64,000 nucleotides of DNA from an uncultured Candidatus Saccharibacteria bacterium (GTDB taxonomy: Bacteria; Patescibacteriota; Minisyncoccia; Phycocordibacterales; UBA9973), in contig CAZYIA010000001.1 of the NCBI GenBank assembly GCA_964646765.1, forward strand, positions 1,334 to 65,333. Reading direction: 5' to 3'. The position numbers and the translations under genes were made by a program. Of this stretch, positions 47,425-57,262 are shown piece after piece. The notes under the pieces are model-generated. The model was not told where the DNA came from. It did not search any database and saw only the letters and a list, made by a program, of their open reading frames with translations. Numbering within the stretch: position 1 is the stretch's first letter; the number at the start of each line of letters is the position of its first letter.

Positions 47425-48633
47425 ATGTCATTTCAGTTTAAGATTAATAAAAAAATTCCTAACTCACTTGGACGACTAGGAACCATATTGACTCCGCATG
47501 GTGAAATAGAAACACCGGCATTTACGGCTGTGGGTACGAAAGCAACCGTGAAAGCGATAACGCCTGCGCAGCTAAAAGAAATTGGCATTCAGGCAGTACT
47601 TGCCAATACCTACCATCTTCATCTTGAGCCAGGAAGCGACATTGTTGCGAAAGGCGGGGGATTTGGTACATGGATGGGTTGGAATGGTCCAACATTTACC
47701 GACTCAGGTGGTTTCCAAGCTTTTTCACTCGGCGCTGCGTTCGGGAAAAAAGTTTCTAAAGTGGCAAAAGGAGACGTCGGCGAAGGTGATGCTATTGAAG
47801 AGTATGGTACTCCGCTCGCTAACGTTGATGAAGAAGGGGTAACGTTTCGTTCATATCGAGATGGTAGTGAGCATCGTTTTACTCCTGAACGTTCAATGGA
47901 AATTCAGTGGAACTTAGGCGCCGATGTTATTTTTGCTTTTGATGAGTGCACGAGCCCGAAAGCGCCCAAGGAGTATCAGAGAGAGGCAATGGATCGCACG
48001 CACCGCTGGGCGAAGCGAAGTCTGATACGTCATAATGAACTCGATACAAAAAATATACAAGCACTTTTTGGTGTCGTTCAAGGTGGCCAGTTCGAAGATC
48101 TTCGCCGAGAATCTGCTCGCACATTAGCTAGCATGGATTTTGATGGCTTCGGTATTGGGGGATCATTCAATAAAGAAGATATTCAGACGGCAGTGCGTTG
48201 GGTAAACGAAGAACTACCAGAAGATAAACCGCGTCATTTATTAGGTATTGGTGAACCAGCGGACATTTTCGCTGGTATCGAAGCTGGCTGTGATACCTTC
48301 GATTGTGTTTCGCCAACTCGCGCTGGTCGCACGGGCCGAATCTATACTAAAGGTGGCACCATGAACATGATGAACGCTCGGTTCAAGGAATCATTTGAGC
48401 CACTAGAAAAAGACTGCGGCTGCTACACGTGCCAAAATTTTACTGCCAGTTATGTAGCCCACCTCTTCCGTTCAAGTGAAATGCTCGCTGCCACGCTTGC
48501 TACAATTCATAACCTTTATTTCATCAATCAACTTTTTGCGGATATACGAAAAAGTATTATGGAAGATACTTTTTCTAGTTATAAAGAGAAATTTTTAGAA
48601 CGCTATAGTCCCAGTAGAGGAAAAATAGCATGA
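47425..48633 (+). CDS. tgt: tRNA-guanine transglycosylase
   Basis: TPAF..VGT, NTYHL, TDSGGFQ, VQGG, CGCYTC, HN. Confidence 0.96.
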   Translation: MSFQFKINKKIPNSLGRLGTILTPHGEIETPAFTAVGTKATVKAITPAQLKEIGIQAVLANTYHLHLEPGSDIVAKGGGFGTWMGWNGPTFTDSGGFQAFSLGAAFGKKVSKVAKGDVGEGDAIEEYGTPLANVDEEGVTFRSYRDGSEHRFTPERSMEIQWNLGADVIFAFDECTSPKAPKEYQREAMDRTHRWAKRSLIRHNELDTKNIQALFGVVQGGQFEDLRRESARTLASMDFDGFGIGGSFNKEDIQTAVRWVNEELPEDKPRHLLGIGEPADIFAGIEAGCDTFDCVSPTRAGRTGRIYTKGGTMNMMNARFKESFEPLEKDCGCYTCQNFTASYVAHLFRSSEMLAATLATIHNLYFINQLFADIRKSIMEDTFSSYKEKFLERYSPSRGKIA

Positions 48634-48671
48634 ATAAAGTACTCTAGTCACAGAATATAATCCAAGGTAGT

Positions 48672-49631
48672 ATGCAAGTACGTATGAAAACAATTAGTAT
48701 TGTCGTTCCTGCTTACAACGAAGAGGGCAATATTCTGCGTATGCTCGATCAAGTATCAAAACAACTTGGTCTATTGAGTTCCAAATATACTTTTGAAGTT
48801 ATTGTTGTGGATGATGGTAGTACTGATGCAACTGGAAACTCTATTGGCAGTTACAGCGCACAATACCAATATCCACTGAAACTTATTCAATTCTCTCGAA
48901 ATTTTGGCAAAGAAGCAGCGCTGTCTGCTGGTATCCATGCATCACATGGTGATGCAGTGCTTACTATTGATGCAGATATGCAGCAGCCACCTGAGCATAT
49001 CCCAACTCTCATTAAAGACTGGGAAGCAGGAAACGATATTGTTGTGGCGGTTCGAAAAAGTCACCAAGGGGAAGATTTCCTGAAACGTCTTGGAGCATAC
49101 GTGTTTTATAAAACAATGGACGTGGTGAGTGAGACAGAAATTATTCCGTACTCGACTGATTTTCGAATCATGGATCGTCAGGTTGTGGATGCTTTTAAGG
49201 AACTTGGTGAACGTAATCGCATGACTCGTGGGCTCATTGACTGGCTTGGCTTCAAACGAACCTACTTTTTTTATGAATCAGGAATGAGGACAGGTAAGCC
49301 TTCGTATAATCGACGAAAGCTCATTAGCTTAGCTATTGTTGGTTTTGTAAAAAATAGTCTCTTACCACTTAAACTAGTAAGTTACTTGGGGTTTGCCACG
49401 CTCTGTATTTCTACTGTTCTTGGAAGTGTTGTTTTTGTAGAGAAATATATTATGCGAGCTGGTTGGGGTGCCGCATTTTCTGCTGCAGATATTATGACTA
49501 TCGTGATTGTCTTTTTGATAAGTATCATGTTTATGTCGCTCGGCGTACTCTCGCTCTATATTGCTGATATTCAAACTGAGGTCCGAGAACGACCGTTGTA
49601 TGTCATTCGACGTGAGCGAACCAAGGAATAA
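48672..49631 (+). CDS. GT2 polyprenol-phosphate glycosyltransferase (GtrB/YkcC-like)
   Basis: VPAYNEE, DDGSTD, FSRNFGKEAA, DADMQ, two C-terminal TM helices, RPLY. Confidence 0.9.
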   Translation: MQVRMKTISIVVPAYNEEGNILRMLDQVSKQLGLLSSKYTFEVIVVDDGSTDATGNSIGSYSAQYQYPLKLIQFSRNFGKEAALSAGIHASHGDAVLTIDADMQQPPEHIPTLIKDWEAGNDIVVAVRKSHQGEDFLKRLGAYVFYKTMDVVSETEIIPYSTDFRIMDRQVVDAFKELGERNRMTRGLIDWLGFKRTYFFYESGMRTGKPSYNRRKLISLAIVGFVKNSLLPLKLVSYLGFATLCISTVLGSVVFVEKYIMRAGWGAAFSAADIMTIVIVFLISIMFMSLGVLSLYIADIQTEVRERPLYVIRRERTKE

Positions 49632-49635
49632 ATCT

Positions 49636-50760
49636 ATGCGGATCACCTGGTTTTCATGGAAAGATTACATGCATCCAGAAGCAGGAGGAGCAGAACAAAT
49701 TGCCGATATCATACTTTCAGGTTTGGTACGCGATGGTCATGTCGTTACTTTAGTTACAGCCCGTTATTCTGGTAGTAAAGAAATAGAAGTTGCTAAAGGT
49801 GGGTACACTATTACCCGCACTGGTGGACATTACAGCGTATATCTTCAAGCGCTGAAGTTATTGATACTAGGGAAGTATCACGATACAGATCTTTTTGTTG
49901 ATGAAGCAAGTGGTATTCCTTTTTTTACAGCACTTTTTGCATGGAAAAAACCAGTGGTCACCGTGTTTTACCATATTCAAAGAAAAATCTGGTTTTATCA
50001 GATGCCATTTCCTTTAAATATTTTTGGCTACCTTCTTGAGCCATTGTGGGTTTTTCTTCTTGGTTTACGAAGCGCCTTAGTGGTTACGATTTCCGACAGT
50101 ACGAAATATGAGCTTATGCGGTTTGGAGTGTCGAATAAAAAAATAGTCATGATTCCAATTTCAATAGAGATTCCGCGGATTGGGTTATATGAAGAAAGAA
50201 AAGAAACAGCGGTTCCCACAATTCTGGCTCTTGGCGCGCTTCGCCCAATGAAGAAACCTCTCAGTATTATTGAAGCTTTTACTTCTGTTCAAGAAAAAAT
50301 ACCAACGGCGAAACTCATTCTTGCTGGTGGTGGGGCTGAGAGTACATATGGTAAAAAAGTTCTTAGAGCCATCAAAGAATCACCAGCACATACCAATATT
50401 GAATATAAAGGCCGTATCACCAAAGAAGAAAAAATTTCACTGTTGCGAAGCTCGTGGGTTTTGTTGGCGGCGTCTGTAAAAGAAGGGTGGGGACTTATTG
50501 CAACTGAAGCTCACAGTCAAGGATTACCAACCATCGTTAACGATGTTCCTGGACTTCGTGATTCGACAAAAAATAAAGTAACTGGTTTTGTGGTAGAAGA
50601 AAGAAAAGACGAAATTGCTCGTGCTACAATACACTTACTTGAGGATACAAAGTTGCGTCACTTATACGGACAAAATGCTTTGGAAGATTCAGTTCAGTAT
50701 GTTCCGGAGAAAACGTACAGCGCATTTCTTAGTGCACTTAAAAACCATAAGCTGATATGA
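49636..50760 (+). CDS. GT4 glycosyltransferase
   Basis: HPEAGGAE, EGWGLIATEA, PGLRDS. Confidence 0.88.
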   Translation: MRITWFSWKDYMHPEAGGAEQIADIILSGLVRDGHVVTLVTARYSGSKEIEVAKGGYTITRTGGHYSVYLQALKLLILGKYHDTDLFVDEASGIPFFTALFAWKKPVVTVFYHIQRKIWFYQMPFPLNIFGYLLEPLWVFLLGLRSALVVTISDSTKYELMRFGVSNKKIVMIPISIEIPRIGLYEERKETAVPTILALGALRPMKKPLSIIEAFTSVQEKIPTAKLILAGGGAESTYGKKVLRAIKESPAHTNIEYKGRITKEEKISLLRSSWVLLAASVKEGWGLIATEAHSQGLPTIVNDVPGLRDSTKNKVTGFVVEERKDEIARATIHLLEDTKLRHLYGQNALEDSVQYVPEKTYSAFLSALKNHKLI

Positions 50761-51602
50761 ACCAAAAAACACCAATCATAAGTGTTATGATCCCAACGCT
50801 TCAAAGTGAAGCGTTCATTGAAGGATGTCTTGAGAGCATCAAGGCTCAGAACTATCCAGCTCTTGAAGTGATTCTCATTGATGGAGGTTCGACAGATGCA
50901 ACTATTGCTCGTGCGCAAAAAATAATTCCTACTATTGTTGTTACAGTAGTGCAAGATGGTCTTCTTCGAGCTAGAGTTTCAGGTATTAAACTTGCGCAAG
51001 GAGAATATGGCTTGTTGCTTGATGCCGATCAGATACTCACTCCTCAGGTACTTACTCGTGCCGTTTCTGAGATAGAAGCGAAGCATCTTGATATGCTTGT
51101 TTTTGAAGAAATGGTCTATGAGCCAAAAACACTTCTCGAACAGTTATTTGTACTTGATCGAAAACTTATTCATGCCGTGAAGGATTTTAGTCCTGAAACC
51201 GGTGTTATGTTGCCGCGTTTCTTTAAAATGGATCTTCTACGAAAAGCAGTTAGCTCTATTCCTGAGGATGCACTTTCTGCTGGGGACCGTGATCACGCAA
51301 TTATATATGCCGAAGCGTTTGCTCTATCACAGCACATTGATCTTGTAAGTGACGCGGTGTACCACAAAGAGCCAAGTTCATTTATAAAGCTGATAAAAAA
51401 GTTTTATCGATGGGGGTATACAAATTTACCAGCTCAGCACCCTCGGTATCGTGCCCTTCTGGCAAAAAAAGAAGGATTTAGAAAAGGGATGTTTACCCAC
51501 GGACTCATTCTTGAAAGTTTTGGTTCCGCACTGCTGCTTCTCTGTAAAGGTGTGCCCTATAAGATCGGTTATTTTGTTGCATGGATTCAGAAAAAATTCT
51601 AA
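50757..51602 (+). CDS. GT2 glycosyltransferase
   Basis: IDGGSTD, LDAD. Confidence 0.85.
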   Translation: MNQKTPIISVMIPTLQSEAFIEGCLESIKAQNYPALEVILIDGGSTDATIARAQKIIPTIVVTVVQDGLLRARVSGIKLAQGEYGLLLDADQILTPQVLTRAVSEIEAKHLDMLVFEEMVYEPKTLLEQLFVLDRKLIHAVKDFSPETGVMLPRFFKMDLLRKAVSSIPEDALSAGDRDHAIIYAEAFALSQHIDLVSDAVYHKEPSSFIKLIKKFYRWGYTNLPAQHPRYRALLAKKEGFRKGMFTHGLILESFGSALLLLCKGVPYKIGYFVAWIQKKF

Positions 51603-52798
51603 AAGAATATACCTGTATTGCCTTCATGCATTCATATAGTGGTGGCATGAGTGGTGGCGATCGCATCTGTCTCGAATTTGCTAAGCGTTGGAGGAAGTAC
51701 TTTAAAACAGTAACGTTGGTGACTTCACGAGAGGGAGTATCCGCGGTGCAAAAATACAATATTACTATTCCAAGTATTGAACTTTCATCTGGCTTACCGT
51801 CCATAACAAATGTATTAGGATACCTTCGCCGAACCCTTCTAGGTATTCGCTTTGCCTGGTCGTATGTTCTTCACGAGCCAGAAAAAGTAGTAGTGTACAT
51901 GTCTTCCGATTTTTGGTCGGATGCAATCCCTGCACTTATTTTAAAATGGCGATACCCGAAAGTTTTTTTGATTGGCACTGCATACTTAAAAGCAGCTGCA
52001 CCATGGGCCGCTGACAATCCATATCGAACATCATTTACTCGATTCGTTATTGGTTGTCTCTATTATCTATCACAACTTCCAGTTCTTGCTTTAGTTAACT
52101 GGTACTCAGATATGGTTTTTGTTACGTCACTTCCTGATGTTAAACGGTTTGTAACCAAACGCCGTAGCCGTGAAGCCGTTGTTGTAGTAAAAGGGGGAGT
52201 TGATCTTGAACCGGTTTCTGCTTGGAAAACTCGTACGGCTCTTCCACCGGTTTCGTCCCGTAAGTATGATGCTGTTTTCGTGGGTCGTTTTCACGATCAA
52301 AAAGGGATCATGGAACTTCTTTCATTGTGGAGAATCGTAATTCGAGAAAAACCAGATGCCCAACTCGCTCTCATTGGAGAAGGCCCTCTCGAAGCGATTA
52401 TTAAAGAGACCATTACTCACTATAACTTAGAGCATTCAGTAACTATCCTGGGTTTTCTGGATGGGGAAGAGAAATATGCAATTTTTCGAAACTCAAAATT
52501 ATTTGTTCATCCTGCAATTTACGATAGTGGCGGTATGGCAGCGGCAGAAGGAATGGCTTGGGGGTTGCCAGCAGTTAGTTTTGATTTAGAGGCACTTACA
52601 ACCTACTATCCAAAAGGAATGGTGAAAATTCCATGTTATGACGAAGAGTTGTTTGCGCAGGCAATTCTACGTCTCTTACATGATTCAACATACTATACTC
52701 ATTATGCGCAAGAGGCAGAGACGCTCATTTATGAAGAATGGGGATGGGATAAACGAGTTCTCTCGGTGACCCAAAGTATCGCACAAAAGATTGCATGA
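51581..52798 (+). CDS. GT4 glycosyltransferase
   Basis: SGGDR, VGR...QKG, DSGGMAAAEGMAWGLP. Confidence 0.85.
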   Translation: MDSEKILKEYTCIAFMHSYSGGMSGGDRICLEFAKRWRKYFKTVTLVTSREGVSAVQKYNITIPSIELSSGLPSITNVLGYLRRTLLGIRFAWSYVLHEPEKVVVYMSSDFWSDAIPALILKWRYPKVFLIGTAYLKAAAPWAADNPYRTSFTRFVIGCLYYLSQLPVLALVNWYSDMVFVTSLPDVKRFVTKRRSREAVVVVKGGVDLEPVSAWKTRTALPPVSSRKYDAVFVGRFHDQKGIMELLSLWRIVIREKPDAQLALIGEGPLEAIIKETITHYNLEHSVTILGFLDGEEKYAIFRNSKLFVHPAIYDSGGMAAAEGMAWGLPAVSFDLEALTTYYPKGMVKIPCYDEELFAQAILRLLHDSTYYTHYAQEAETLIYEEWGWDKRVLSVTQSIAQKIA

Positions 52799-55143
52799 AA
52801 TTTTCACGCCAAACAGTAACATACGTCATTATTTTCAGCAGCATTGTCATTGCGGCCATGCTGGTATTTACCTGGTTCAAGCCCCTAGAACGTTATTATG
52901 GGACTGACTTATATTTTCCTGAAAACCGATCTAATTTTTTTCATTTGTCGTTTACATCATGGGATGACCGTTCTTTAGGGCAGGATAATTTCAGAATGTA
53001 CTCAGTGGCGTATCCCTTTGGTCTTTATCTGGCGGGAACTGAGAAACTTGGTATACCAGTGGCACAAGCAGAGCACGGCTGGCTTTATTTTCTTTTTGTG
53101 TCTTCAGGAATTTCGTTTGCGCTCTTTGCAATAACACTGTGGGGAGCACCGAAGAAAAAAATGCACGGTGTTCTTTATGTTTGTGGGGCATTAGTGTATA
53201 TGTTTAATCCGTATACGAGTATTATGTTGTACTCGTTTCCGTACCTTTTTCACATATACGCCTTTTTACCACTTAAACTTGCAGCAATCTATTACGGGAT
53301 TTCAAGACAAAAAGGATTTGTATATGCAGCAAGTATTCTTATTCCGTGGGTATTTCTGACCACATCTTCTTATAGTAATCCGAAATATTTACTTATTGAT
53401 TGGATACCAATTGGTTTGATGGCCCTCGGATTTATTATTCGTCGGAATAAAAAAGAAATTACTTTTGGAACACTTCGTTTTCTCGGGATATGCATTGTTC
53501 TTTTTTCGCTGCTCTCTTTTTTTTGGATTCTGCCGACGTTTGCTGGAATTCAAGAAAATGTAAGCTCAATGCACTCGTATTATGAGAGCCTTGGAGGGCG
53601 TTCTCGGGAAACAAATTTTATTCAAGACAGTACCAAATATGCTTTTGATGCTGTCCGTCAATTAGGATATTGGGCAATTCAGGGAAAATTAGGTGACGCG
53701 CCATATATACCTTGGGTTTCTTTTTATAATTCACTTGGCGGTGTAATTCTTAGTTTCTTTGCTATCCTTTTGTTTCTTGCTCCGCTCACTCTTACCCTAC
53801 GGAAAAAGATGGTGTTGTATAAGACAGCTTTTTCATTTTGGGTTTTTGCTCTTATCGGGATGCTTGGCAGTGCTTCTTTTGTTGGTGCAGCTGCGCTTTT
53901 TGTAACGCGTCGCATTCCATATCTTATTGATGTATTTTCAAATCCTTTTCAGATGTTCGGGCTTTACGCATCTCTCTTGTTCGCTTTTCTTTTAGTAAGT
54001 GCAACAATTCTTCTGCTTACTAATGTTCGTACACGAGCTCAGGTATATCTTGGTCTATCTGCGCTCACGCTTTTTATTGTAACGACATTTTTTTTCCTTA
54101 CTCCATTTATACAGGGAAGTACTATTCGAAGAAATAACGATATCCTGCGTCCTGCGACATACATTGTGCCAGAGTATGTAAAACAGTTAGAGTCTTTCCT
54201 CGCACATCAGTCTGATAACGATTCTTTCCGAACCTTATATCTCCCTTACTCAAAAACTCATTACGGATCGTATCTTTGGGAAGACGGTTACAATGGACTA
54301 GATCTCAATAGTCTATTTGTTGGTCGAGATCTTGCTGGTATTGCTCCTGGGCCGCGAATGCTTGCGCGTGCACTTTCAGAAGGGAATGTTACTCTCTTTG
54401 ACACACTACTACCGCTCTATAATGTTCGTTACGTTGTTCTTACGCTTGATGCAAATACTCCTCTTAATGAATCTCTTTCTACGTGGTACGAAGGTTTTAA
54501 CTTATCAGAAGTTGTTAATTCAATTCCTACGAGTTCAATTCTTACCTATAAAACTGCGTTTGGGCCACTAGTTGTATATGAAGTGCGTCACCCGTTTGTG
54601 ACATCGCTCGCATATATTCCACATGCAACACTAAGCGATCTAGAACTCGGTACTCGTGACGCATTTATGCGAGTGTCTCCCGATAGCTATGCGCTCTCTC
54701 AAAATATTATTCCTTCAGCATTAGGAAAAGCATCGGTAGAAAAAGTTATCTCGTCTTCTGCTGACGTCTACCAAGTAGAAGTTACGAATATTGAGAGCCC
54801 GTTTACTCTTATCCTAAATACGAACTATCACTCCGCTTGGAAGTTATCAGTTTTTGAAGACGGCAGATGGCGAGAATTACGTGTGCCGCATGCAGTAGTG
54901 AATGACTATGCGAATGGTTGGACACTTACCCCAAGTGATGTTTGCGCGAGTAGCGCACTTTGTAATGGTACTCATCCGGGAAAAGCGTTGTTGCAAATTT
55001 CGTTTGATAGAAAAAAATATTTTGAAGCCGGATACCTGATTTCTGGAAGTACTCTATGTATACTGATAGTGGCTCTTGGAGCACTATCTATTTATCGACG
55101 GTATGCTATATCTAAAAAAACTGATAACAGCACTATATCGTAA
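52795..55143 (+). CDS. Large polytopic membrane protein, GT-C/AftD-YfhO-like
   Basis: N-terminal loop Asp (GTD), YMFNP, many TM helices, NVRYVV, YHSAW...N.YANGW, C-terminal TM. Confidence 0.65.
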   Translation: MKFSRQTVTYVIIFSSIVIAAMLVFTWFKPLERYYGTDLYFPENRSNFFHLSFTSWDDRSLGQDNFRMYSVAYPFGLYLAGTEKLGIPVAQAEHGWLYFLFVSSGISFALFAITLWGAPKKKMHGVLYVCGALVYMFNPYTSIMLYSFPYLFHIYAFLPLKLAAIYYGISRQKGFVYAASILIPWVFLTTSSYSNPKYLLIDWIPIGLMALGFIIRRNKKEITFGTLRFLGICIVLFSLLSFFWILPTFAGIQENVSSMHSYYESLGGRSRETNFIQDSTKYAFDAVRQLGYWAIQGKLGDAPYIPWVSFYNSLGGVILSFFAILLFLAPLTLTLRKKMVLYKTAFSFWVFALIGMLGSASFVGAAALFVTRRIPYLIDVFSNPFQMFGLYASLLFAFLLVSATILLLTNVRTRAQVYLGLSALTLFIVTTFFFLTPFIQGSTIRRNNDILRPATYIVPEYVKQLESFLAHQSDNDSFRTLYLPYSKTHYGSYLWEDGYNGLDLNSLFVGRDLAGIAPGPRMLARALSEGNVTLFDTLLPLYNVRYVVLTLDANTPLNESLSTWYEGFNLSEVVNSIPTSSILTYKTAFGPLVVYEVRHPFVTSLAYIPHATLSDLELGTRDAFMRVSPDSYALSQNIIPSALGKASVEKVISSSADVYQVEVTNIESPFTLILNTNYHSAWKLSVFEDGRWRELRVPHAVVNDYANGWTLTPSDVCASSALCNGTHPGKALLQISFDRKKYFEAGYLISGSTLCILIVALGALSIYRRYAISKKTDNSTIS

Positions 55144-56734
55144 CGGACGCTTCGCATATCTCGCGCCGCTATTGATTCTTGGCCCCGAATTACATAAATC
55201 TGGGTATCTCTTTTTTGTTGATTTTTCCTGGGGTCCTTCAATGCACTCAGGTTGGGCAAATAGCTGGCACGTGCTTGAGGTTATAAGTAACATGCTCCAT
55301 CCATTTTTCCCGGCGTGGTTTTTCCAGAAGCTTGTTATTCTCGTAGTCTTAGTTGTGCTTATAACTGCAGGAAGAAAATTGGCAGCACAAGTATCCTCAC
55401 ATCCTTTTGTTATTGGTCTTACTGGTATTTTTTTGGTGTTTAACCCGTTTACCTATATTCGTTTAGAAATGGGTCAGCTGGGAACACTCCTGGGTGTTGG
55501 TTTTTTACTTCTCTCAAGTATTTCACTAATTACCGCACTTAGAGAAAACAATCCTCGTGAACTTTTCTACGCCTACCTATATGCAGGTTTGGTTATTTAT
55601 TTTGCCCCGTATTATATTTTTGCTTTAGCTCTATTAAAAATTATAGTTTTGATTTCTGAAAAAAAATTGCTCCACGATCGATTTTTTGGACCAACAAGAG
55701 GGGAATATATCCGGTATGCATTACTTGGAATTCTTTGCATTCTTTTGATCAATAGTATTTGGATCACAGCTTCATATATAGGGCACACTAATATGGGAGG
55801 AGGCTTTACTGCACAAGATATGCAAGCATTTAAGCCGTGGGGAACTCCGCTCCAAGCATTTTTTGACACCGTCACGCTTCGATCCTTTTGGATTCAAAGT
55901 TTATACTTTAAGCGTCTTGCCGAAACACAGTTTCTCTTTAGTTTTATTCCGGTTGCTATAGTTCTTTTGGTGGGGGTTTATTTTTCTATTAAACAAAGAA
56001 AATTTCGCGAATTAATCGCCGTCTTGTTGCTTTTTTCTTGTGCGGGATTTTTGGCTCTCGGAGTTGCAACACCATTTTCTGCACCGGTCACTCTTTGGCT
56101 CACTACACACGTTCCTTTCTATATAGGTTTGCGTGATGCTTCGAAATGGGTTGGAGTTCTTCTTGGGGTGTATGCACTTTTTTTCTCTATCGGACTTGCT
56201 CGTATTATACGTTTGCCATTAGTTCGAATATTTAACATCGGCTTTGGTATATTGTTTGTCAGTCTCGTACTCTTTTTATCCCCGTACTCATTGTGGGGAT
56301 TTGGAGGCACTGTTACATCTGTCGAGTATCCAGAACCTTGGTATCAAGCAAATGTCACATTAAATAAAAATAATTGTTTTTCTGGACGAACACTCGTGCT
56401 CCCATGGCATCTCTATATGTCGTACTCTTGGTTTTCAGGAAGAGCCGGGAATATCGGTGAGAAGTTTTTTGATTGCCCGTTAGTTAGTCCAACTAATATT
56501 GAAATTGGTGGAGTTTCAGATAGCAGCGGAACAGTAGAAGGTGTCCTTATTCCCGAATGGCTTTCAAGTGGCAATAAGACACTCTTGGAAAAACTTAATG
56601 TAACAAGCATTATCGTCTTCCATGAAGTTGACTGGCAAGGATATAATGAAGCGCTACAAAAGTTACCGTATCTTTCAAAAGTAGATTCTACTTCGGTTGG
56701 TAGGGGAGATATTACTATCTATAAAGTGCAATAA
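55103..56734 (+). CDS. Polytopic membrane protein, GT-C-like
   Basis: FVD, VFNPF.Y.R..MGQ, GLRDASKW, YP..W, LVLPWHLY. Confidence 0.6.
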   Translation: MLYLKKLITALYRNGRFAYLAPLLILGPELHKSGYLFFVDFSWGPSMHSGWANSWHVLEVISNMLHPFFPAWFFQKLVILVVLVVLITAGRKLAAQVSSHPFVIGLTGIFLVFNPFTYIRLEMGQLGTLLGVGFLLLSSISLITALRENNPRELFYAYLYAGLVIYFAPYYIFALALLKIIVLISEKKLLHDRFFGPTRGEYIRYALLGILCILLINSIWITASYIGHTNMGGGFTAQDMQAFKPWGTPLQAFFDTVTLRSFWIQSLYFKRLAETQFLFSFIPVAIVLLVGVYFSIKQRKFRELIAVLLLFSCAGFLALGVATPFSAPVTLWLTTHVPFYIGLRDASKWVGVLLGVYALFFSIGLARIIRLPLVRIFNIGFGILFVSLVLFLSPYSLWGFGGTVTSVEYPEPWYQANVTLNKNNCFSGRTLVLPWHLYMSYSWFSGRAGNIGEKFFDCPLVSPTNIEIGGVSDSSGTVEGVLIPEWLSSGNKTLLEKLNVTSIIVFHEVDWQGYNEALQKLPYLSKVDSTSVGRGDITIYKVQ

Positions 56735-57228
56735 TGAAAACAATTTTACATAAAGAAGTCACCGCTCTCTTCCCGTATGTTCTTTTGTGTTACCTTGTTT
56801 TTTCTCCGATCGCTTTCTTAGAAAAAAATACTATTTTTTCTCCCTCATTTATTATTGCCACACTCTATCTTTGCATTTTTTTTATCTACTGCGTGTTTGC
56901 CGTTCTTGGTAAGGTGGTAACATGGCGAGATATTTTTCGGATGAGTATCAGTAGTCGACAGTTGTTTCTCTATACGTTGTTAGCATTTATTCCAGTTTTG
57001 TATGTCTCTTTTAACCAGGTTGAACATCACTATCTCTTTTCAGCTCTTATTTGGGTGCTTGGTTTGGTGGCCGTGCTCTATGGTTCACGAATAACCGCTT
57101 TCGCCGTTATTACTATCGTGTTCCTTGCCCTGATTGGCTATTTAGTGGGGAATACACAGGTGGCTGAATTTGCCTCCCAGCTCTTCTTTTATGGCAGTTT
57201 AGTACTTATTACCAGTTGGTTCTTATAA
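56734..57228 (+). CDS. Hypothetical membrane protein
   Basis: Highly hydrophobic ORF coupled to the previous gene. Confidence 0.65.
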   Translation: MKTILHKEVTALFPYVLLCYLVFSPIAFLEKNTIFSPSFIIATLYLCIFFIYCVFAVLGKVVTWRDIFRMSISSRQLFLYTLLAFIPVLYVSFNQVEHHYLFSALIWVLGLVAVLYGSRITAFAVITIVFLALIGYLVGNTQVAEFASQLFFYGSLVLITSWFL

Positions 57229-57262
57229 ATATATTAACAATTTGCTATACTAGCGGGTATCT

